Assembly (NCBI GenBank): GCA_051313645.2
Contig: JBNRSN020000004.1
Span: 260,090,001-260,154,000 of the forward strand
DNA: 64,000 nucleotides
Reading direction: 5' to 3'
Source of the DNA: Centroscyllium fabricii
Taxonomy: Eukaryota
Shown piece after piece: positions 51,113-62,437 of this stretch (its first letter is position 1; each line of letters opens with the position of its first letter). The notes below the pieces were generated by a model. It saw nothing but the letters and a program-made list of their open reading frames with translations. It ran no database searches and was not told the origin of the DNA. A program made the translations under genes and the position numbers.

Positions 51113-52305
51113 GCTATTGTCAGTATAGTAAGACCTGAGTGATCTCCTGGACAAGTTTCGATCGCCTAGATTGGGGTCGGAGAGGAATTTCCCGGATTTT
51201 TTTCCCAAATTGGACCTGGGTTTTTATCCGGATTTTCGCCTCTCCCAGGAGATCACATGGTTCTTTGGGTGGAAGGAAGGGTGATAGTGGTATGAAGGTT
51301 AGGCTAGGATCAGCCATGATCTTGTTGGGTGGCGGGGCGGGCTCGGGGGGCCGATTGGCCTACTCCTGCTCCTATATCTTGTGTTCTTATGTTCAGCCAT
51401 GAACGCATTAAATGGCGGTGCAGGCTCGAAGGACCGAATGGTCTACTCCTGCACCTATTTTCTATGTTTCTATGTTTCAATGCTGTCAAACACTGAGAAA
51501 TCACTGAAAGGTGAAATTTTGGCCTTTGTGACTGCCCTCACAGAAGAAGCTGCAAATAACTTCCTGGAAGTAGTGGACAACCAAGGGTCTAGCGAGAATG
51601 AGGAACTGAAAGATATTAGTAATAGTAAAATTGTAGTACTGGAGAAATTAATGGGACTGAAAGCCAATGAATCCTCTGGACCTATTGGCGTACACCCTAG
51701 GGTTGGCGATAGAGATAGTGGATGCATTGGTTGTCATTTTCCAAAATTCCTTAGATTCTAGAACAGTTCCTGCAGATTGAAAGAGAGCAAATGTAATCCC
51801 ACTGTTTAAAAAAGGCGGGGGAGAGAAAACAGGGAACTACAGACATCAATAGTAGGGAAAATGCTATAATCTATTATTAAGGGCATGGTAACAGGGCACT
51901 TAGAAAATAATAATAGGGTTTATGAAAAGAAAATCATGTTTGACAAACCTGTTAGTGTTTTTTGAGGTTGTAACTAACAGAATAGATAAGCGCGAACCAG
52001 TGGATATGGGGTATTTGGATTTTTAGAAGGTATTCGAAAAGGTGCCACACAAGAGTTTATTAAACAAAATTAGAGCTCATGGGTTTGGGGTAATATACTA
52101 GCATGGATTGAGGATTGGTTAATGGACAGGAAACAGAGCGCAGGAATAAACAGGTCATTTTCAGGTTGGCAGGCTGTAACTAGTGGGGTACCACAAGGAT
52201 CAATGCTTGGGCCTCAGCTATTCACAATCTACATCAATGATTTGGATGAGGGGACCAAATGTAATATTCCAAGTTTGCTGATGATACAAAGCTAGGTGGG
52301 AATGT

Positions 52306-55300
52306 AAGAACATAAGAACATAAGAAATAGGAGCAGGAGTAGGCCAATTGGCCCCTGACGTATCGTCAATACCTTCGATTAAAAGAGTCGACGAGTAGTT
52401 ACCGTAACTAAAGGCTTTTAATCGCTAAGATTGGAGCTACCCTCCGTAATGAACTTCTGTACAGGAATGAGGAGCTTCGGTCAGTTTCCACCTATAAAGG
52501 GCCTCACCCGGGGGAGGAGTTAGAGGTGTGGCTGACCTGGCTCCCAACAGTATTACACAGGTTACAGGGCTATGCCCAACAGTATTACACAGGTTACAGG
52601 GCTGTGCCTTACATCTGCACAGCCCATTATTGGCACAATAATACAGTGGTAAAACAACTACATAAAAGGGTTACCACATTCACCCCTTCTTGAAAATTTT
52701 AAGTCCGGGGGGGGGTGAATGGGCCGAACAATTCACGATCAGTCTGTCCGGCGGTCGTGTCTGCCTGGAGGACCGCCGGCGTTCCGGTGGTGGTGGTGGT
52801 GCCTCCTGGTTCGTACCACTCGCGTCTGCCAGTGGTGACCGCTGATCGGGTGCCGTGGCTTCTGGTGGCGATGGGTCCAGCTGGTACACGCCGTCCGGGT
52901 CGTAGTTCTGTACTGGCCACTGCCGGGGCTCTGGGAAGCTCAGGGGCCATCGTGTGTCTGGTGGGTTCTCTGGGTACAGTGGCTGAGCGGCCTGCTGGCT
53001 AGCCAGGGGCTCTGCGGTGGTGCTTCCTGCGGGAGCCAGGTCCCTGATGGACACGGTGTCCTCACGCCCGTCCGGGAACTGCACGAATGCATAGTGTGGG
53101 TTTGCGTGTAGGAGCTGTACCTTGTCCACCAGGGGGTCTGTCTTGTGGCTCCGGACATGTCTCCTGAGCAAAACCGGCCCCGGAGTCGTCAGCCATGGGG
53201 GAAGAGCTGTCCCCGAAGTCGATTTCCTGGGGAAGGAGAAAATCAGATCATGCGGGGTGGCGTTAGTAGCAGTACATAATATAGAGCGTATAGAGTGCAG
53301 CACGTCTGGGCGGACTGCCTGCCAATGGGACACTGGAAGGCCTCTGGACTTCAGAGCCAGGGTGACCGCCTTCCAAATGATCCCATTCTCCCTTTCTACC
53401 TAGCCGTTCCCCCGGGGGTTATAACTGGTCGTTCTGCTCGTGGCAACCCCTTTCTGGAGCAGAAACTGGCGCAGTTCATCGCTCATGAACGATGACCACC
53501 CTGTCACTATGGATGTAGCTGGGGAGACCGAAGATGGCGAACAGCATGGTGAAGTGTTTTATCACCGTTGCGCTCGTCATATCTGCACAGGGGAAGGCGA
53601 AGGGGAAGCGGGAGAACTCATCCACTACCATGAGGAAGTATGAGTTGCGGTCGGTGGAAGGGAGGGGGCCTTTGAAGTCCATGCTGAGACGTTCAAAGGG
53701 GCGGGTGGCCTTAATGAGGTGCGCCGTGTCTGGCCGGAAAAAGTGGGGTTTGCACTCGGCACAGACAGGGCACTCTCGGGTCATAGCCTTGATCTCCGTG
53801 ATGGAGTAGGGGAGGCTACGGGACTTAACGAAGTGGGCGAGTCTGGTGACACCCGGGTGGCAAAGGCGGTCGTGGAGGTCCTTCAGCCGGTCTAGCTGGG
53901 CACTGGCGCACGTACCCCTGGACAGTGCATCCGGGGGTTCATTGAGTTTACCTGGTCAGTAAAGAATGTCGTACTCGTACGTCGAGAGTTCTATCCGCCA
54001 CCGCAGGATCTTATCATTCTTGATTTTACCCCGTTGTTTATTATTAAACATAAACGCGACCGACCGTTGGTCAGTGAGCAGGGTAAAACGCTTACCGGCC
54101 AGGTAATGGCGCCAGTAGCGCACGGCCTCCACAATGGCCTGGGCCTCCTTTTCCACTGCTGAGTGGCAAGTTTCGGGTCCCTGTAGGGTGCGGGAGAAAA
54201 ACGCTACGGGCCTGCCTGCCTGATTCAGGGTGGCAGCAAGGGCAAAGTCCGAAGCGTCACTCTCCACCTGGAAAGGGAATGATTCATCAACAGCGAGCAT
54301 GGTCGCCTTGATAATATCTTCCTTTATCCTTGCGAATGCCGTTTGGGCTTCTACAGAAAGGGGGAAGACGGCAGCCTTGAGGAGTGGTCTAGCCTTATCT
54401 GCGAACTGTGGGACCCATTGTGCATAATAGGAGAAAAATCCTAGGCATCTCCTCAAGGCTTTGGGGTTGTGAGGTAGGGGCAGTTCTTGCAGGGGTCGCA
54501 TACGCTGTGGGTCGGGGCCGAGGACTCCATTCTCCACCACGTATCCGAGGATGGTGAGCCGGTCTGTATTAAAGACACATTTGTCTTTGTTATACGTAAG
54601 GTCCAGCTTGTCCGCCGTGTCGAGGAATTTGGCCAGATTGGCATTGTGGTCCTGCTGGTCGTGGCCGCAGATGGTCACGTTGTCCAGGTAGGGGAAGGTG
54701 GCCTGCAAGTCATTTTGGTCAACCATACGGTCCATCTCCCGTTGGAACACTGACACTCTGTTGGTCACGCCAAAGGGGACCCGGAGGAAGTGGAAGATTG
54801 GAGCTACCCTCCGGAACGAACTTCTGTACAGGAATGAGGAGCCTCGGTCAGTTTCCACCTATAAAGGGCCTCACCTGGGGGAGGAGTTAGAGGTGTGGCT
54901 GACCTGGCTCCCAACAGTATTACACAGGTTACAGGGCTATGCCCAACAGTATTACACAGGTTACAGGGCTGTGCCTTACATCTGCACAGCCCATTATTGG
55001 CACAATAATACAGTGGTAAAACAACTACATAAAAGGGTTACCACAGCCCCTCGAGCCTGCTCCGCCATTCAACAAGATCATGGCTGATCTGATCCTAACC
55101 TCAATTTTATTTTTACTGTCCACCCCGCCCAGACCCATGTGATCACCTGGGAGAGGTGAAAAACCAGATTAAAAAACCCAGTAGCCAATTTGGGAGAAAA
55201 AAATCAGGAAAATTCCTCTCCGACCCATCTAGGCGATCGAAAACTGGTCCAGGCGATCACATGGCCGATCTGAACCTAGCCTCACGTCCACTTTCCTGCC

Positions 55301-55460
55301 CGCTCACCATAACCCCTAATTCGCTTTAATTCCAGGAAACTGTCTGTCTCAGTTTTAAATTTATTCAACGTAGTAGCTTCCACAGCTCTCTGGGGCAGCA
55401 AATTACACAGCCCCACCACCATCTGAGTGAAGAAGTTCCTCCTCATCTCAGTTTTGAAAG
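52306..55460 (-). mobile_element. Short 5'-truncated CR1 (ORF2 end plus 3' UTR) split by element E
   Basis: FKTEMRRNFFTQ..GYGERAGKWT (55282-55460); tail continues at 52306-52355 as (TAAGAACA)n. Confidence 0.85.
52356..55045 (-). mobile_element. Internally deleted Gypsy element E (B subfamily)
   Basis: 3' LTR 52356-52678, partial 5' LTR ~54794-55045, 5-bp TSD GCCCC, ~31-bp duplication in both LTRs; U5, gag, pro and RT N-terminus missing. Confidence 0.93.
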
Positions 55461-56069
55461 AAGTTGTGAGGTGGATGCAAGGAGGCTTCAAGGGGATATA
55501 GACAGGCTAAGTGAGTGGGCAAGAACCTGACAAATGGAATATAACGTGGAGAAATGTGAAGTTATCCACTTTGATAGAAAAAATTGAATATCTGAGTATT
55601 TTTTAAATGGTGAAAGATTGGGAAATATTGATGTTCAGAGGGACCTGGGTGTCCTTGTACAGGAATCATTGAAAATGAACTTGCAGGTACAGCCAGCAAT
55701 TAGGAAAGCAACGGTATGTTGGCTTTTATTTTGAGATGGTTTGAGTATAAGAGTAAGGACATTTTACTGCAATTATATAGGGCCCTTGTTAGACTATACC
55801 TGGAGTATTCTATACAGATTGATCCCCTTATCTCAGGAAGGATAAACTTGCCACAGCGGAAGTGCAACAAAGGTTCACCAAACTGGTTCCTGGGATGGGG
55901 GATTGTCCTATGAGGACAGATTGAGTAGACTAGCCCTATATTCTCTAGAGTTTAGAAGAATGAGAGGTGATCTCATTGAAACATACAAAATTCTTACAAG
56001 GCTTGATAGGGTAGATGCAGGGAGGATGTTTCTCCTGGCTAGGGAGTCTAGAACCAGTGGTCACAGTCT

Positions 56070-59000
56070 TGTAGCATTGCTACCCGGGCAAACCCCTGGG
56101 TCTTCCCTTTAAGCCACAATCCCCATCTCTCAGTCGGCCCCACCCACATCTTGCCATTGGCAGCCGACATCCCTGTCCTGGTTCCTGAGTGGCCTAGAGA
56201 ACCGTCCATCACTTGCCCCAAGAGACTTTGTACTTTCGCGCTCTTTTCCAACAGTCGTTTTGTAGAGCTTGAAAAATAAAGACCTGTTTCACCTGTGCTC
56301 CCGTGCACTGCGTCTCTTTGCTGAAAAATTCGAGTCGGAGTTTGGAGAACCCCCACAATTGGTGACCCCGATGTCGGTCAACGAATTGCCCGACTCGAAC
56401 GCGCAGGTCGCGGCCGCCCCAGAGCCGGCCGCCGAACGGCCGTGGAACCTCAGACACCCCGCCTTCTGGGAACACAAGGCAGCCACTTGGTTCCTCCAGG
56501 CAGAGGCCCAGTTCAAGCTCTGACGACTCCACGGTGATGCCGACTGCTACCTCCTCGTTGTGGCAGCCCTGCCCAGCCACATCGCAGCGGACATCGTCGA
56601 CCTACTGCGGCAACCGTCACGAGACAACAGGTATGAGGCCTTGAAAGCACGTCTGCTGCAGGCCTACGACCTGCCCGAGGATGTGTGGGCCCAGCAGCTC
56701 CTCGAACTCCCGGGGCTGGGAGACTCTTCCCCCACGCGCCTCATGAATTGAATGCTGGCCCTCCTCGGCGACCACAAAAACTGCCCCTTGTTTAGGGTGC
56801 TGTTCATTAGCATGCTGCCACAGGTGCTCCAAACAGCCTTGTCCAACTCTGATGGTCTCTCGTACGCGGAGTTGGCCGTCGCGGCAGACCGCATCAAGCT
56901 TTGTGCGACCGCGGATTGCGCAGCCACAAGGCTCTCTCCACCCGCTCGCAGCCGCACGCCACAACCGCAGACGGGCCTCTGCTACTACCACGCACGGCTG
57001 CAGACCACCTTGCTCCTTCGCGACCAAACAGGCCGCTGCAGCACCACACCGCCGACAAGGCCCAGCCACTGCCAATGCTGTCAGCACAGCAGGGAAGCTG
57101 CTTTTCGTTATGGACTCTCTCTCCGGGCACAGATTCCTCTGCGATACCGGAGCCCAGTGCAGCATACTCCCAGCCACGCAGCTCAACCAACAGGCTGGCC
57201 CCACAGACCTACCCCTCATGGCAGTCAACGGCACCGCCATTACCACATTCAGCAAACGTCGGGCGGAGATCTGCCTCGGAGGACAACGTTTCACCTGGGA
57301 CTTTGTCACCACATCTGTGGAACAGCCGCTGCTCGGCACAGATTTATTGTGCGCCCACGGCCTACTCGTAGATGTCCGATGAAGGTGCCTCATGGATGCT
57401 TCAAATTTCGCCTTCCTGCCCTGCCAACGGAGCTACAGCCAGATCCTTGTGCGCTCCTGCTCTTCTCCGCCCCGTGATAAATATGCGAGGCTACTGAGTG
57501 AGTTCCCCAGCATCACACAGCCAACCTTTTTGGCTGTGGCGGCCAAGCATGGCGTCCAGCACCTCATCTGCACTACGGGCCTGCCGGTTTTCACCCGCGC
57601 CAGACGTCTGGACCCCACCAAAATGGCGGCGGCCAAGGAAGAGTTCTCAGCAATGGAGAAGCTGGGAATCATCCGACCCTCCAACAACCCATGGTCATCC
57701 CCGCTCCACATCGTCCCCAAACCCGGTGGCAGATGGCGCCCATGCGGGTCTACAGACGCCTCAACGACGCCACCATGCCGGACCGGTACCCGGTGCCGCA
57801 CATCCAAGACTTTTCGGCGAACCTGGCGGGCAAGACCATTTTTTCTAATGTCGACCTCGTCAGGGGATACCACCTGGTCCCGGTCCACCTTGACAACATT
57901 CCGAAGATGGCGGTCATCACCCCTTTCGGACTCTACGAATTTCTCCGCATGCCTTTCGGTTTAAAGAATGCGGCGCAGGTTTTCCAGCGATTAATGGACT
58001 CAGTCCTTCGGGACTTGGACTTTTTGTACGTATATTTGGACGATATATTGGTCGCGAGCGCGGACGAGGCACAACATGTTGTGCATCTGCGCTCCCTGAT
58101 TCAGAGGTTGGCCCATCATGGCCTCATCATCAATCCGGTGAAGTGCCAGTTCGGCCTCGCCGAGATTGATTTTTTAGGACACCACATATCGGCAACCGGT
58201 GCCATCCCGTTGCCAGCTAAAGTCCAGGCGGTTACAGATTTCCCTCAACCCAGCTCGGTTAGGGCGCTCCAGGAATTCCTCGGTATGATCAACTTTTACC
58301 ACCGTTTCCTCCCCAGCGCCGCCGCCATTATGCACCCCCTATACGAAGCCAGCAGGGGCAAAACCAGCAAAGACGTCCTAGCCTGGACAATCGACATGGC
58401 GAGAGCCTTTAGCCTAGCCAAGTCAGCCCTAGCGGAAGCCACCCATTTGGCCCACCCCATCCCGGGCGCCCCACTGGCATTCACCACCGATGCCTCGGAT
58501 CACGCCATAGGCGCCGTGCAGCAGCAGTGGGTGGATGGGGCCTGGCAGCCTCTCACAATTTTTAGCCGCCAACTGCGGAAAAGCGAGCTCGCCTACAACA
58601 CCTTTGACCTGGAGCTGCGTGGTGCGGCATTTTTGCTTCCTCCTAGAGGGCCACCCGTGGATCATAAGACCCTCATCTTCGCCATGGCCAAAGTCACCGA
58701 ACCATGGTCAGTGCGCCAACAGCGCCAACTTAATTTCATCTCGGAATTCACGACTGACATCCGCCACGTGTCCGGCAAGGACAACGTCGTCGCCGACTGC
58801 CTTTCCCGGCCTTCCCTCCACGTGGTCCAGGTCGGGGTCGACTACGTGGACATGGCGCAGGCCCAGCGGGCAGATGCAGAACTGCAGGCCCTCCGCTCTG
58901 CGCCCACCGGCCTGACCCTGGCAGTGATTCATTTCCACGCAGCCGGTACGACGCTCTTGTGCGACACCTTCGTGCCCCATCCCCGACCGTTAGTGCCCGC

Positions 59001-60165
59001 CTCGTGGTGCAGGCGCATCTTTGACCTGGTCCACAGCCTGTCTCACCTGGGCATGCGAGCTTCCCAAGAGCTGATGTCAACCAAATTCGTGTGGCCCGGC
59101 CTGCACAAAGACCTGCGGGACTGGATCAACACCTGTCCCGATTGCCACTGCCAGGCCAACGGTTTGTGCGAACAGTTCCACCACGCCTTCAAGGCCTCAC
59201 TCTGTGCCAGGTTGGCTGACGCCAACTGGCTTGACAGACTCCCCTGGGTCCTGCTCGGCCTGCGATCGGCGCCTAAGGACGACCTCGGCGCCTCTTCGGC
59301 CGAACTGCTCCTGGGCCAACCCCTACACATCCCTGGAGAGTTCCTCCCTTCCGTCACTGAGGGTTGGTCGGCGGGCGAGCAGCTGGCTCGCCACAACGAC
59401 CCGGCCCATCGTTTCCTCCCGGTGCCCACTTCGTCACACGGGGCCGGGTCATCCCATATGCCCAGCGAGCTCCACCAGGCCCAGTTTGTGTTTGTGCACC
59501 GTGACGCCCACAAGACACTGTTTCAGGCGCCGTACACAGGCCCCTTCCATATCCTGGAGGCTGGAGATAAAGCTTTCCTCCTCGCGGTTGGTGGTAGACG
59601 GGACCTCGTGTCCATCGAGAGACTCAAAGCGGCACACTTGGACCCCACTTGGACTGAGCCATACCCTCCGGGCCCCCGCATGGAGTTTTTCCCCTCCATC
59701 AGTGAGGCCGCGCCCGAACAAGCCACTACCTCGGCCCTGCGGGACCTCAGCTCCGCCCAAGGCACGCCCGTCCCTGTTTCACCCACGCCCGTGGGCTATC
59801 ACACACGCTCCGACCACTTGGTCAAACCTCCCCGGAGGCTGACCGACCACGTTCATGGGGATTCTGGGTGGGCATATGTAGCGTTGCTACCCGGGCAAAC
59901 CCCTGGGTCTTCCCTTTAATCCACAATCCCCATCTCTCAGTCGGGCCTGTCCACATCTTGCCATTGGGCAGCCGACATCCCTGTCCTGGTTCCTGAGTGG
60001 CCTAGAGAACCGTCCATCACTTGCCCCAGGAGGCTTTGCGCTTTCGCACTCTTTTCCAGCAGTCGTTTTGCAGTGCTTGAATAATAAAAACCTGTTTCAC
60101 CTGTGCTCCCGTGCTCGGCATCTCTTTGCGGAAAAATTTGAGTCGGAGGTTGGAGAACCCCTACA
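56070..60165 (+). mobile_element. Degenerate Gypsy element G (CsRn1/Kabuki-like), tRNA-Trp PBS
   Basis: LTRs 56070-56357 and 59877-60165, 4-bp TSD GTCT, PBS TGGTGACCCCGATGT (56360-56374), gag PAFW..WFLQAEAQF, LCDTGA, YLDD; integrase core deleted. Confidence 0.92.
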
Positions 60166-60511
60166 GTCTCAGAATAAGTGGTCAGCCATTTAGGACTGAG
60201 ATGAGGAGAAATGTCTTCACTCAGAGGTGTTAAACCTTTGGAATTCTCTACCCCAGAGGGCTGTGGAGCCTCAGTCATTCAGTATATTCAAGACAGAGTT
60301 CGATAGATTTTTCAATGTTAAGGAAATCAAGGGATATGGGGATACTGCAAGAGAGTGGAAATGAGGTAAGATCAGCCATGATTTTATTGAATGGCAGAGC
60401 AGGCTCGAAGGGCCAAATGACCTACTCCTGCTCTTATTTCTTATGTTCTTTTGTTCTTAAGTTGCAACATTCTTACCTGACCAGTACTAGTTCATATTTT
60501 TTCTCTCCACA

Positions 60512-61470
60512 GGGGCTTCACGTCTACACCAGAAGTGAGTGGAGGTTATGGACGACAATTCCTCAGAGGAGTTGAGTCCTTCAGAGGGTGCGTTGTCACA
60601 GCACTCAGGCTGCCAAGCACCAGCTCAGATACTCGCACATTGGTGGGACTTGTAAGGCAGGTAATTGCATTTTCACCTTGTGACTCATACTTCACAAGTG
60701 AGTAGGAGCAGATGGTGGAGGCAGGAACAGCAGTGGAGAGTCCACAATGGAATGTGTAGACCTCTCAACTCTGCTCAGCTCGACACAGATGATGTACCCG
60801 GGGGCCATTGATGAAAAGGATAATCATTGAGCAGCAGCAGAGAATGTGCGATGCACTGACAGGCCTTCCAAGAACACTGATCGTGATTGCAGAGAGAATG
60901 GAGGAGTCTGCCTCAAGTATGAGTGCGTTGATGTCACAAGGCTCTGCAATGATGTATTCTTGTATAGATGCAGTGGCCAACTCCATGGAACACCAAATGC
61001 AGCAATCACATGAATCTATGGGTGCCTTGATCATGATCTGGATGGCAACATGTCTGCCACCTTAAATAGGATGACAGCTTAGTCTTGGCCTTACAGTGCC
61101 TCACTAATCTTCACCAAAGTGCTCTCCAGCAGAGTGGTAGCAGTGAAGTGCAGCTGAGCCAGAAGTGGGAGATGGTGAAATGGGACATGGAAGTGGGAAC
61201 CCCATTGAAAGTACTTCCACTTCTCACCCGTTGCCCACCCCGCCCACCACCCAGACAGTACCCAACATGCTGCCACCTCTCCCAATGGCTGAGTCTGCCC
61301 TTGCAAAGGTGCAGGTAGACCAGTCTTTGTTGCGGCCCTCACGGGCTCCAAAGGTCAGAGGATAGCGGCCAAGAGCATCTCAGCAGTCAGAGCAGGATCT
61401 GAGCAGCCTACCTCTACCTCTGTGCAAGCCACAGGGGTTGCAAAGCTTTTTAGTTGCACAAGGGTATGCA
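60512..61470 (+). pseudogene. Probable downstream exon of the Harbinger Myb/SANT gene
   Basis: TTTTTTCTCTCCACAG acceptor; helical M/Q/S-rich segment (ORF 60808-61065); resumes right after the old CR1. Confidence 0.5.
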
Positions 61471-61769
61471 CATGGATGTATAAGAAAATATTGGGCCAAT
61501 ACTTCCGATGAGCGCAAGAGGTTTTGGAGCCGGGTGTTAGCGCAGCCGAGCTCTGAATCGCAGGGAGCAGCCGTTTCCAGCTGCTCCCTGCCATTCTGAA
61601 GGTGTCCAGCGGGGGGTGGAGATGGAGCACATTCGCCTGCGCACCAGGGGGTCCGCAGTGGACTTCCGTTTCTTTTCCGACTTTTTTATCAGGGTAAGTA
61701 TGGATGATTTTACACAGTATGCACCAGCCAGGGTCTCCAGAATGGTCATGGTTGCTGCCACAACACCAC

Positions 61770-62180
61770 ACAACCCTGCCACAGCAACCTCTGCAAGACG
61801 TGCCAAATCATCAGCACAGATACCATCATCACACATGAGGACACCACACACCAGGTATATGGTACATACTCATGTTACTTGACAAATGTTGTCTACCTCA
61901 TACGTTGCAGGAAAGGATGCCCCGGGACATGATACATCGGTGAGACCATGCAGCCACTTCCACAATGGATGAACGGACACCGCACAACAATTGCCAGGCA
62001 GGAGTGTTCACTCCCAGTCGGGGAACACTTCAGCAGTGAAGGACATTCAGCCTCCGATCTTCAGGTAAGCATTCTCCAAGGCGGCCTTCGAGACACACGA
62101 CAACGCAAAATCGTCGAGCAGAGGCTGATAGCCAAAATCCACACCCATGAGGATGGCCTCAACCGTGATATCAGCTTCAT
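61770..62180 (+). mobile_element. Penelope-like GIY-YIG endonuclease fragment
   Basis: CKTC..NVVYLIRC..YIGET..RMNGH-like..VGEHF..GLNRD. Confidence 0.85.
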
Positions 62181-62437
62181 AGAAACATAGAAACATAGAA
62201 ACACGCTACATTTGACCCTTCCTGACGTAGAGTCATCCAGACCAGAGACATCTTTGTCTTGTAAGGAAATTCCTTTTTGAAAAATAATTCTTTGTGTTTT
62301 GCAGCATTTGACCCCTTGTGAATGTGCCACATTGATCTCAGACTGATATGTTAAAATATGTTAATACGCCTTTGTGTGCTCTGTCTGTCTCTGCTAAGGT
62401 GAGATGTGGGAGATCAGATTTCTCTCTCCCTTCCATG

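Larger units (their letters stand above)
47448..51476 (+). mobile_element. Young CR1-clade LINE, 5'-truncated within ORF1, with double 3' tail
   Basis: ORF1 esterase, ORF2 EN-RT, 3' UTR ending in TTCTTATG and TTTCTATG repeats. Confidence 0.93.
46851..51525. mobile_element. Non-autonomous Harbinger-like element (46851-47447 plus 51477-51525) split by a CR1
   Basis: CCGCTGTCAACCC shared with ~6554; GTTTGCAGCACC|TCAATGCTG rejoins to match 7949-7980. Confidence 0.6.
46385..60455 (+). mobile_element. Old CR1 LINE in four pieces (46385-46850, 51526-52309, 55461-56069, 60170-60455)
   Basis: Degenerate ORF2 collinear with 48614-51112 across the breaks; CR1 tail at 60360-60455. Confidence 0.85.

Noticed and set aside
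56070-60165. Uneven LTR divergence in G suggesting a recombinant
   Set aside because: Too few sites by eye to distinguish from ordinary decay
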